DNA of 64,000 nucleotides, from assembly GCA_965113315.1 (NCBI GenBank), contig OZ220365.1. The stretch is one strand, 5' to 3'. Position 1 is the stretch's first letter; every line of letters starts with the position of its first letter. The notes below the pieces were generated by a model. It was given only the letters and a program-made list of their open reading frames with translations. It searched no databases and was not told the DNA's origin. This document shows, in pieces, positions 22,440 to 34,229 of this stretch. A program made the translations under genes and the position numbers. The stretch is from Podarcis vaucheri (taxonomy: Eukaryota).

Positions 22440-25400
22440 CATGCACATATTGTGCTGTGTGGAGTATGCTCTTAAGTTTCCATGTCACTGAAATGCAGGT
22501 TGGTTTCTGAAAACACTGATGTTTTAAACACCCGAAACGTTTGGGGGGTTGTAATTACCGTACACACAAATAAATGTTTTGCAGACACCTTTTTCTGTTG
22601 CTGTGGTTTTTTCCATCTCAAAAATACAGGGCAAAGTGTCAGACATGGTGAAAGGGTAGGTTACTTCAGTGAAAGCTGCCACATGGAAAAACCTTGTGCC
22701 AGAGATTGCACTGACTCAGACTATAGTACATAAAAACATTTGGAGTTACTAAATTGTCTCTTTCTTTGATGCAGAGCACCACCTGCTGGATGTTAATGTT
22801 GGATTTTTTGCGAGGGCAAGTGTTAATCTTGACACACACCAGATAACAAAATACTTGTCAGTAACACATTTTTTTAGATTATATGAAGTGCTGAAGTTAA
22901 CAAAAAAATACTTTATTCCAGTTACAGAAAATGAGAGTAATCTTTATAATGCTGCCTTTTTAAGGGGAGAGAAAGAAGGGGATAAAACATTTGAGCAGTA
23001 ATTTACTCAAGTACTTCACTTGCAGCCTGGTTTTATTTATTTGGAATTGAATCCTACAAAATCTGTTGGGCTTGCACCCAACTAAGTTTGTATAGGATCA
23101 TAGCCATATTGCATTTGAGTCTTTTGCATCTCTCTACACCCTGCAAATTCCAGGATGCTTCCAAAGGGCCGCTCTGGGTCTTGTTCAACAGGCAAAATGA
23201 ATAAATAAGCCTATTGCAAGATCTTACACATGGAATCTTATACCATGGTATTCATGAAAGGCTTGCAGTTTGAAACTTAATTATAGGATTTGTGAAGCAC
23301 AGTGATTTTACCTATTAGCAAAAATCCTAGGATAGCTCTCCTAGTATTTGTGTGACATTTGCATTTTGATACCAGGGGTCATAGAACAGTCGAGTGTATC
23401 ACAGTGCTGGTGAATAAGCCAAATAAATGTCCTCTAAATATATCACTTGATTGTTTTCTTAAACTAAACTTTGTTCCTTTGGCACAGGATCTGATGCAGT
23501 GCACAGCCTTTGCAACAGCAGAAGAATATAATCTTGGTACCCTATGCCATGATCTGACGTCATATGGCTATGTTGAAATAACAACATTACCTAGAGGTAG
23601 GCCTCTGAACAGTTTGCCCCTCTTCTGTTGAATGCATGGAACACAGTTCCTCTTAGTAATAAAATTGCAGTGTTTATATCAACTGTGGAATAATGATTAT
23701 CACCTTGTAAAATTCTCTTTCAAAACATTCTGAACAGAAATGCATCTTGAAACATGCTCCATTGCATGCTGTAATGTGGTTTAGCTGCCACTTCACCAAA
23801 AGCATGCCTATTTAATCTTTCTAATGCTTTGAAATGAGACAAACACTTTAAATACTTAGAAGCACATTGGCAAAACATTTTCCTACGACCTGTTCTTTGT
23901 GGTAATCCTCTCCATTTTCTTGTATATTTTCTGATATTGTTTAAATTCATAAGAGCAATTTGGTAGGCAAGCATTGTAAAGTAATTCGGAGATATTATTT
24001 ATTACATGAGTAAACTGAGGAAGGGCGTCGTATAACGGCTTATTGGTTCTTAAACTGAACATAAATTGTCACTCTAGATCAGAGGGTAAAACAATACCAC
24101 TGTTGAACATACTTTTATTTGCAGATGTTGACAGCATTTCTTTTCATCAATGCCTGTAGATCTTTAATCTGAAAATAGCACTTCTACACATGCACAAGTG
24201 AAAAGAAAAAGTTGCCATGTGTATTCTGCATGCAATAGAAGTACTCCTATTCACATCACCAGCCATCCTAGAGCATGAATTCTGTAATGCTTTTGGAAGC
24301 GCTGTACTGCAAACTTCCTCTGCTGTGCTATATAGTGCTAAAGGGCTTGAGGCTTAGGTGTGGAGCTGTATGAGTACTTCAAACCCCTAATTCTGTTTTC
24401 AGTATACAGTGGTACCTCGGGTTACAGACGCTTCAGGTTACAGACTCTGCTAACCCAGAAATAGTACCTTGGCTTAAGAACTTTGCTTCAGGATGAGAAC
24501 AGAAATTGCGCAGCGAAAGCGGGAGGCCCCATTAGCTAAAGTGGTGCTTCAGGTTAAGAACAGTTTCAGGTTAAGAACAGACCTCCAGAATGAATTAAGT
24601 TCTTAACCCGAGGTACCACTGTACTAGGAACTGTTATGGACTCAAGCAGGCCAAATCTCTCTCTCCCCACATCAGCAAGTGGTACCTTTAACATTTCAAA
24701 GGTTCTGAAATAGGACTACAGTGGTACCTCTGGATGCGAATGGGATCCGTTCCAGAGCCCCGTTCTCATCCAGAAGCGAACACAACCCGTGTGTGTGCGG
24801 GTCGCAATTTGCTGCTTCTGCGCATGCGCGTGACATCATTTTGACCACAGCACGCAACCCAAAAATACTTATCCCGAAGCTACTTCAACCTGAGGTATGA
24901 CTGTATATTAAATGGACACATGCAATGCAACCCAGTAGTTTTACTTAGATGTAATCACCACAGTTCTCAGTGGGGTTTAGCCCAGATAATTATATCTGGG
25001 GCTGTAGGGTAAATGTTTTACAGGGTTTTAAACGCTGTTTCTGTGTCTCAGAATATGATTCCAAATCTGCTTTCTTTTAAACAAGATGCAGCAAACGTTT
25101 TGGTGATTGGTACAGAAAGCTCAGCGAAAGAATATGATCCTGGAATAATTTTTTTCTTCAGGTAAACAATGCCCAGCAATAAAGTGCATGTGAACTAAAA
25201 AAATTATTGTAACACAAAATGATAGGTTTTATTGCTTAGCTTGATAGCAACTCTGGGACTTGGGCTTCAAAAGGCCTTAACCCCCAAGCAACTACAGATC
25301 TTTCCCCCTGGGGTGGCAGCGCTTCCCTAAGGCCATCAGCTATACACAAACTCCAGAGTAATTCCCAATGAGTACAGGGGCAAGGACTGACAACTGCAAT

Positions 25401-28400
25401 TTCATGCCTTTCTAGATATGTATAGAATTGTACTATGTCATGGCCAGCCTCTGCACTCTATATTTTTTTGAGAATAAATAATTGCAATCATTTAAAAGTT
25501 TTTTTAAAGCTATTTAATATTTTCTTAACCCTCATAAACACACCATCACCATAGTAATTGGTTAATTGATCACATGAAGCCAGATAACTAAGATTTAAAA
25601 TTTTGGATGAGTTGAGGACTGTAGGTTTAACAGTCTATATTCAGTCTGCGTCAGTTTCACATCAGTACAGTCATAAATTGATTCCATGCTGCTGCTGCCT
25701 TATTCTGGGTTTTTTTAAAGTCCATTAAAAAATTGTATTTATGTACTTAATTTTTAATCACAAAATATTATTTAAATATGTATTTTCCCCTCAGTGTATG
25801 CATCTGTATGTTTCTGAGCCACATATTGCCACTAAAATCTTAAAAGTATAATTTTGTTTTGATTGTGTATTAATTTGGGTGTGAATTATGTCAGTTCACT
25901 TAAAGTGGAACAAACTAAATTCTTCTCCATCCTTATCTAGAATAGAGTATTTATTCTTGCCAAGAAACACACATGTAAGCATGAAACATAATCTGTGCTG
26001 CTAACACCACCTTGAAATTCTATTCATACAGGGAAGGATCTGTTGTGTTCTGGAATGTTGAAGAAAAAACAGTAAGTGGAAGCCAAATTTTATAAGGTAA
26101 ACTCCATGGGTCTTTGCAGTTCCACAAAATAAAATGGTTTGGCTAGATATAAGTGTAGATTTAGCAAATGCTATTAATGTATCTTTTTACATTTTACAGT
26201 CTAATTTTTCAGTTTTTTTAAAAATTGTATATGAAGGGCAGTGGGAGTTTTTGTCCCATGTCTTTTGATGCTTTTATTTTTTTAAAAAAACTAAGTTATT
26301 CACAATGATGTATTTCTGCAAGTTATTATTTGAGAATAAAGACAATGTTGTCAGTGTAGAAAATTGTAGGAAATCGATGAGATGAGACAGAAGATATTAT
26401 GGGTCGTGGCCATGTGCAAAGTAGAGCCAGACTCTGAGAGGAGTTACATTTTGCCTTTGCAAGCACAGAGTCCCACATCTGCGCCTAGCAAAGTTACAGA
26501 AGTGTGGTGTCAGAGGTTGCTTGTAGGGGGGAAAGTAGTAGGAGGCAGGGATGCTTCACCTCTCTCACACATACCATTTTAGCCTTCCTTCGCACACCCT
26601 CCTCTTTTTAAGGTTTATTCCTCTAATGGGCTTGCTTCCAGTTTCAGAGCCCAGATTAAGAAAAAAAAACAAAAACTGCCTGAGACCATTTTCTGGGGGA
26701 GGGATTGAGAGATGGGAAGTGTGAAGCATCTCCTCTCTTAGGTCAATTCTCCCTTTGTAAGTATGCCTCTCTCTGCCCTTGTATTTGCATTGTAAGGAAA
26801 AGCTGGAGTTGTTTTCCTTGTGATGTGCAGTTCCACCCTCCCTTTCCATGGTATTTCAAAACTGGCTGAAGGCACCATGACTGTTAGCCTGCAGGTTTAT
26901 ATGATGACCTCCTAGCATTTGTCAGCAATTCTAATATGCAGGATCTTTTCTAGATGAAGAGTATCATGCAAATGCTGGAAAGGCATGAAATTCAGCCATA
27001 CGAAGTTGCGCTTGTTCACTGGGAAAATGAAGAGATGAACTACAGATTAGGAGAGTAAGTGTTTGTATGTCATCAAGTGCTAGTTTCTGTGCAATGTAGC
27101 TTCTTGCATATATTTGTTTCCTGAAAACATTGCTAAATATTTACGCTACTCTGCCAGCTTGTTTAGACCTCCCATAACCTTTGTAATAAAGCTGCATTTG
27201 CAATTCCTTTGCAAAGTAAGAAAGTATTGCCATTGCCATCTTTGAGGCAGGGAGCACAAAAATATTCTTATTTAAATAATAATAAAAACCTTTAGGGAAC
27301 TGGGGACCAATGAGGTACTGTATTAATAACTTCATTGGTCCCTTTATAAGCCACAAGGGACATGGATCAGCAAGCGATTGCACATATCCAACCAGTATCT
27401 TCAGTCTGCACCAACTGACACTCATTCCAAGATAAATTAACCTTAAGAATCACCTGCACTAACTTAAGAGAAAGTAATGGTGGATGCAACTGACCTCAGA
27501 AAGGAATTGCAATGGGCCACTGAGAGTTCTGTCGCCTCAGTCGGCCAGCATATATACTTGGCCCTTTAAAAAAAAATTCCCAAATAACTTGCTAAGCAGC
27601 TTTTGAAACTCCCTGTTCAGGCGAAGAGCTTTTCTTGTTTGACAAATAGAGTTGAAAAAGAAGCTCAACAAGTCTGAAGTTTTCTTCCATTATCTGTGAT
27701 GGGAACTAAGCATGTTCTTAGGTGCTCTGATTTGTTTTTGTTTTTAAAGTATAGTATAGCTAGTTCCTATGTGTCATGGATTCATACTAGGCATATTCTG
27801 TTTTGGTGCATGTGGTCAATTAAAGTATTCCTCTTGCTCTTTACAGAGCACAGTCAAAGCTTCATAGAGGAGAAATCCTGATAAATTCGGAACTAGATCC
27901 TGATGAAATTACTCTAGAGAAGTTTGCTTTTTCAAATGCTCTTTGCCTTTCTGGTAAGTGATATATTGCATCAGGCTTTCTAAGCAGCATTTTGCATCAG
28001 AATTTGGGATGCGTAGCATGTGCTGCGAAAAACTTTCCCCCAAAGTGTTACCTAAAATGTGTGTATGAGGATAGCTTGGGAATGTGCACCAGAGATAAGT
28101 TATGTATAGTAGTATTACTTTGGCATGATGCAAAGAACTTGAAGTGAACTTCAGAAATCATTACAGAGGTACACTGATAAAGTATCCTTAAAATGTGTGT
28201 TGCTATGTCTGTTTTGGACAATTCCTTCTTGATACCAAATTCAAATGATAAGCAATTTCTTGAGTTACTTCTGGAGTTCAGTGCCACTTAAAGCAATTCA
28301 GCTTTGCAGGAAGTAGCCTAAGGCTAATAATTTGTGGTGGGGAGGATTTAGATTGGGAGTTTAGCACCTATTACCTGCTGTCACTTCTAGAATAAAACCT

Positions 28401-31400
28401 GGACATCCCTACTCCATTGCTGTTTTAAAGTTTCTTTTTAATTCCTAACAACTGGGAAGTCTGATTGCAAGTCTCCCACCTGACATCTGTTTTGGCCCTC
28501 AAGCATGCATTTTTTAGGTTCCTTGCGAAGACATCATATACCATATTTTTCCATGTATTGGACGAAGTTTTTTGACTCAAAAATCATGTTAAAAAATTGG
28601 GGTCATCCAATACACGGATAGTGGCATATGGGGGGGGGGAAGCAGTGTGCTACCAGCCAGCCAGTCGGCAGGAGCGTGGCTTCCCCCGATGCCGCAGCGA
28701 GCGATCTGGGGGGTGATTCCTGCCCGCATCTGCTGGGGGGGGGGGAGAAGCTGCGTGCAGCCAGCCAGCTCATTGGCGGGAGTGCAACTTCCCCCAATGC
28801 TGCTGCACATGGTGGGTGCTCCCTGGGTCATTTCCCGCGTGCGGCGGCATTGGGGGAGGTTGCACTCCCGTCAACCGGATGGCTGGTAAATGATGCAGGG
28901 AGTGTTTCCTGCCTGCAGCTGTGTAGGGGGAGAGGCTCAACAACTTTGGGCCATCTCCCCTTGTTTTCTTAAAATTGAGTCCCCAAAAATGGGGGGGGGG
29001 GTCCTTATACTTGGGGGTGTCTTAAAGACGGAAAAGTACGGTAATTGAAAGTAGGGACTTGGTTTTGTGAAAACATTAAAGGGTAGTGAACTTGAATAAT
29101 AAATCTCCTGTACTTTTCCCTAATGTAGTGAAGCTGGCAATTTGGGAATCATCATTGGATAATTTTGTAGAATCTATCCAGTCAATACCTGAGGTATTCA
29201 CTACTTCATTGGTCTTACGTACTATTATTAAATTGAGCTATTTGCAACATATATTCGCTCTTAACGTCTCACTACTCTCTTTTTAACAGATACTAAAGTC
29301 AAGAAGGAAGGTGAAGCTCTCTCATGCTGATGTGATGCAGAAAATTGGGGAATTATTTGCGTTGAGGTATCTTCATTAAAACAAGGAAACTTAACTTAAT
29401 TCCCAGGACACTTCGTTGTTATTTATTTCAATTATAAATAGCTTCCCACAAGGCATCCTGAAGACGTTTACAATATATTTTGATCCTTCACTTCCAGCCA
29501 CCTTCGTTTTCTACCCCCTGCCTTCACTACCAACACAGTTATTGGTTCCCTTTTAAGAAGCAAAACTTCCTATAGAAATCTAGCATCATCTTTTTAAAGA
29601 TATCCTAAGCTCATACCCAAAGTCAAGCCTACTAATTGCAAGAGGTGGATCAATTTAGGGCACCAAGGATTAGAAACAAAAATGTTAAATACAGTGGAAG
29701 AGCACGATGCAGTCATGTCTCTTCCTACACACCCCAGTTAGCACCATATTATCTAAACACTTGGATGTTAACTGGTGTTTATTAAACATGAAACTAGAAT
29801 CTTCAGTTGAATGGAAATTTTATTGAATAACATTATGGATTTATTGTAACAGTTTTTAAGAGCTACAGTGTACGCTGCAGCTGCATTTAAGCCTTCATAT
29901 GTGATAAGAGCATAAGCAAGTGTGTCTGTTATAACCTTAACAAGTTCTGTATTTTCCCCAAATCCTGTTTCTAGGAATGTTTGTAATAGATCTGTATGAT
30001 TTGTGAAGGGTAATGGTAAATAAAGCTTAGATCAGCTGCTGAGAGCAGGGAATCTCTTTTTGTTTAGAGATGGGAGATAAGCCCTAAATCCTTTAATCAT
30101 AAGAATTTAGAAGTACCACTGAGAAGTACTAATCATGAGAAGTCCTGCTGCAGGAACAGGTCTTAACCAGAGAGCAGGATTGTTTCCAGATCTTATTGGT
30201 AGGATAGTGTAGTCAAGGGGAAAAAGCGGTTCAGTAACAAACATAGTTGTTTGTTCAAAAATAATGGGTGGAATTCAATGTCCTGCTATTCCAAAAGTTC
30301 TATCTGCGCAAGTGTATCAGTGTGCCAGACAGAACAATTTCCATGTGCTGTTCTGAAGCTTCTCCTGCGCCAATGGGGGGCATGGGGGGGAGCCCTGTTG
30401 TGGAACCCCTTCTGCAGGACTTCCACTAACAGGATTCATTAGGTGAATCCCGCCCAATTTCTTAATTAAATTTGTACCTTTTAAAAGTAATGAATATTTA
30501 CTTTTTAAATTTATAGTCCAGGCTTCCTCTCAAAGAAGCCCATAAGGGAATACGAAAATCATCACTTTGTTTTGAGTGACCAGTATAGCCTTCATAGAGC
30601 CTTCATGGTTTGGCACAAAAAGGAGCCTGAAATACCCCTTTTTCACTCTGATAAAATCATATTTTCCTGGTGTGAGGCACACCATAGGTTGCCATTTTGT
30701 TGGTACTGGGAAATTATTATTTTTCTTCAAGCAAGTGAAGCAGCTGTAGCATGTGATAGAAAAATGGATTGTGTAAGCCTGAGAGTTTTCCAGTGCTTAT
30801 TCATTTTGTGTCAAACCATGGTTTGGCATTACATCTGAACCACCTAGGTATAATTATTAACTCAGATTAGGAGGGAAGAACCACCCATAATTGCTCTGAA
30901 TCTATGTATTTACCTACCTTTCCTCAGGCACCGCATAAATCTGAGTTCCGACCTGCTGATGACTCCAGATTTCTATTGGGATAGAGAGCATCTTGAACAG
31001 TTATATGATAAAACTTGCCAGTTTCTCAGCATTAATCGCAGAGTTAAGGTAGGCACACAATTCCAGCTTTCCTGCCTCAGCAAAAACTTCAGTTTTTGCC
31101 AATTGTTCACAGATTGGTTCACCTCAAAGAAGTCTTAAACTTTTCATCCTTCTCCATTTTCTTCTTCTGTTTTCTTGGTCATCTTGGTCGTGTGTGCCAC
31201 CTTGGGCTTCTTGGAGGAAAGACAGGACATAAATTTAAGTAAATAAAGGCACTTGATGTGTACAAGTATTTCATTGTTGATGAGCAAGAATATGGGCATG
31301 GACTCAAAGTGACCCATGTGTAGTTAGAAGATACTTCTGCCTAGTATTGGCTGGGGGATTGTTGATTCTTCCCACTTCACAGGGTGTATACTACCCTCTT

Positions 31401-34229
31401 TACAGGCCATTCCAGAGGGTCCACCAAATTTTGGGAGCATCTTTTCTAGGAGCAGAGGGCTTCCATGGGGCAGTGCACATGCAGAACATTACGTGGTTTG
31501 GGGCTTCATGCCATTAATTTTAAACAAACAAAAAAACCCAATCCCAGTAGTAAACTGGTATTCTGTTTGCTTTCTTAGCAAGGTGAACTATTTGGAAATC
31601 TTATTCTCTCTTTCTCTTGGGTAATATGTCCAGTTTTTTTCCATTCCTACTCAGAGCTGGCTTGCTGGTACTGTATTTAATTTTGTTAATTACAGTATAG
31701 TTTTCTCATATAGCAAGCTCATCCCGTGTTATAGTGGTACCTCGGGTTAAGAACTGTTCTTAACCTGAGGTGCCACTTTAGCTAATGGGTCTCCTGCCGC
31801 CACTGCACGATTTCTGTTCTCATCCTGAAGCAAAGTTCTTAACCCGAGGTACTATTTCTGGGTTAGCGGCCTCTGTAACCTGAAGCATCTGTAACCTGAT
31901 TCCCATGAAGCCAGGTTTTCTCTCCTAAAGGATATTAATCTGCTTATCACAATGAATCTTTTGACAATCTATTAACTGCTGTTCCTGCTGATAGGTGTGG
32001 TTCCATAGCTGCCTGTGAAAACTCTGGCAGGCCTGTACAAGTCTTACATTAGTGAGTTTCTCTGATTCCTATGTGGCTGGTACTTGGTTTGAAATAGGGT
32101 CTCCATTGGTAAGAACTAGGAGCTATATTATGTAAACAAGGTCTTGAGGAAGTGCTGATTTTTGCCCTCCAGGTGATAAGAGTCCAAAATTGCACTCTTT
32201 TTGCTAAAATGCATTTGAAAGGGACATTATTTTGAAAATATGTTGCAGTTAGGGCAGTCCAGCTTGATTGTCACTTGATTGAACAGACAGGAGTGTTTGA
32301 TGGAGATATGAGAGGAATGCAGTCATTTCTAATTCATTCTTCATGGTTTGCAGCTATCCCATGCTTATGCACACATGGATGTAGGGGAGGAGAAATTATA
32401 GTTCAGTTAAGTCTATGGGAATCCTTTACAAGTTGACGCTTTGCACTGGATTGAGTTGGATTTTGCCTTCATCTTCCATTACTTAAACCCAAAACTTTAG
32501 AAACTGTTCAATTTTAGTAACTATTAATGAACAAAGTTCCGGCTGATGTAGTCATTGTGGTCTATATTTGTAAACGACAGTTCAATAAATCTGCTAACAC
32601 TGAGATGCCAAAACTCCTAATGCTAACTTTATGGTGTTGGGTGCTCTGCTGCATTCATTGATAGAAACATCAGTTCTGATATAGTTCATCAAACTTCAGT
32701 ATGTTCATTAAGCCCCATTCAGTGGATAAGCTGTTTAGGTGAGAATACCTTGAACAAGTTGTTTACCCAAGGATTTCTGAAGTATCAGTTCCTCTATTGC
32801 AGGTGGTGAATGAAAAGCTCCAGCACTGCACAGAGCTGACAGATTTGATGAGAAATCATTTGAGTGAAAAACATGCTTTGCGTTTAGAGTGGATGATAGT
32901 GATACTCATCACCATAGAGGTAAGTCTGCAACAATGTGCTGCTGTGCAGTGTTAGTATGAACTTAACAGCTTTGTTGAAACAAGCATGTATTGAGCTCTT
33001 TCCTTGTGAGTACAATCAGTATATCACTTCCTATAATGTTAGCAAGTTCACTGAATCACGTCTTGATACAATTTCAATTTAATTAAACATGATGAGGGAA
33101 AGTTGGGGAGAAGTTTGTAAATATCCTCTAGGAATTTATGTAGATATAGCACTCTCTAGTGTTCAAAATGGTTCACACACATTATTTTGATGATTCTGGC
33201 ATCAGAACTATAAAGTAGGCCAGTATTATCCCTAAATCATAAATGCCGAACTGAAACTGAGAGAATAGGGACTTTGATTAAATGAGATTTGAACAAGCAA
33301 CTTGGCCACCACGCTGCACCAGCATAATTTTTACCTATATGTAAGAAGAAGAAATCAAAATTAGTCATCTAGGACGTCTTCACATCACAAAATTCCATCA
33401 TGGGATGGTATGTAACCTGCATGTAGTTCAAGTGCCAAGCGTATTCATGGCTTTCTGAGTTTACATGCCCTGAAAGCCACAAGTTACATTGTCTACACTG
33501 TTTTCTATGTCACATGATGCATTTCTAAGTTAAGAATGCATATTGATCTATAATTACCTCCTTCCTGTGTTACTGGAATTTGTGTACTTTTTATTTCGCA
33601 AACTACAAATGCATTTGGTTTCTGGGGGCAATCAACAGCAGTTACACCTGTTAAGTCAAGCAATGGCTGGGAACTGTTCTCTCCAGTTAAGGAACTGCTA
33701 TGTACAAAATCAGAGCCCCAGTCAGTCTCCACACACTGAGGTGCAAGTGCGAGAGCAAAGCAGAAGACTTTGAATAGCAATTCAAGTAGTACCTGCTGAT
33801 GAAAGTGACCACCTTTTAAGTCAGTGTCTGAAAGAAGGCTGTTATCCTGTCATCCTATCCCCTCCCCACCTGCCTACCTCTGATTTACAGAGGCCTTTGC
33901 TTGCATGAATAGTACTGTTTCTTTATCTTTCTAGCCACCAGGCTTATATCGGTGAGTGAGCAACATTAGAATCATCCGTCACTTATGAAAATGTTAACCA
34001 TCCCTTTGCCTTTAGCTGCTGAACAGATTGCTTGTGCTGGAGTAAGGGGCCCTATTTGTATTAGTTAGCATTAGGGTGTGCGTGTTTTTAAGTGTGGTTT
34101 TAAATACCACTGTAAGGAAGAGTTTGGATCTGTTGACTTTCATTACCAATGAAAACACTTGGAAAAAAATATAATAAAATTCTATTTCTTTTGCAGGTCA
34201 TGTTTGAACTTGGCAGAGTTCTTTTCTGA
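19541..34229 (+). CDS. RMND1: RMND1 (required for meiotic nuclear division 1 homolog; mitochondrial, DUF155); 11 coding exons, 447 aa
   Basis: join(19541-20038,23488-23596,25086-25161,26032-26071,26954-27054,27847-27953,29129-29193,29290-29366,30928-31048,32803-32919,34197-34229) = 1344 nt, all GT-AG and in phase. Motifs [29 protein letters not shown] and [24 protein letters not shown]. Confidence 0.95.
21433..21684. mobile_element. hAT non-autonomous element
   Basis: TIRs caggggtcag / ctgacccctg, perfect 8-bp TSD gtctaaac. Confidence 0.88.
22403..22436. repeat. (GT)17 microsatellite
   Basis: Read directly. Confidence 0.95.
23488..23596 (+). CDS. RMND1: RMND1 coding exon 2
   Basis: [17 protein letters not shown]...TLPR. 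Confidence 0.92.
24407..24621. mobile_element. Tc1/mariner (Tigger-like) MITE
   Basis: TA|cagtggtacctcgggtta...taacccgaggtaccactg|TA; further copies near 31732-31898 and at 58702-58910. Confidence 0.88.
24719..24903. mobile_element. Tc1/mariner MITE, second family
   Basis: TA|cagtggtacctc...gaggtatgactg|TA. Confidence 0.75.
25086..25161 (+). CDS. RMND1: RMND1 coding exon 3
   Basis: (D)[24 protein letters not shown](R). Confidence 0.92.
26032..26071 (+). CDS. RMND1: RMND1 coding exon 4
   Basis: [13 protein letters not shown], donor gtaagt. Confidence 0.9.
26954..27054 (+). CDS. RMND1: RMND1 coding exon 5
   Basis: [33 protein letters not shown]. Confidence 0.92.
27847..27953 (+). CDS. RMND1: RMND1 coding exon 6
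   Basis: [17 protein letters not shown]...[12 protein letters not shown]. Confidence 0.92.
28541..29041. mobile_element. Mariner-type non-autonomous element with GC-rich internal repeats
   Basis: TA|ccatatttttccatgtattggac ... gtcttaaagacggaaaagtacgg|TA. Confidence 0.75.
29129..29193 (+). CDS. RMND1: RMND1 coding exon 7
   Basis: (V)[21 protein letters not shown]. Confidence 0.92.
29290..29366 (+). CDS. RMND1: RMND1 coding exon 8
   Basis: [25 protein letters not shown](R). Confidence 0.92.
30928..31048 (+). CDS. RMND1: RMND1 coding exon 9
   Basis: [40 protein letters not shown]. Confidence 0.93.
31732..31898. mobile_element. Truncated copy of the 24407 MITE family, inverted
   Basis: agtggtacctcgggttaagaac...ctatttctgggttagc...gtaacctgaagc. 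Confidence 0.75.
32803..32919 (+). CDS. RMND1: RMND1 coding exon 10
   Basis: [39 protein letters not shown]. Confidence 0.93.
34197..34229 (+). CDS. RMND1: RMND1 last coding exon
   Basis: ttgcag|GTC; [10 protein letters not shown]; AATAAA at 34346-34351. Confidence 0.92.
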   Translation, partial: VMFELGRVLF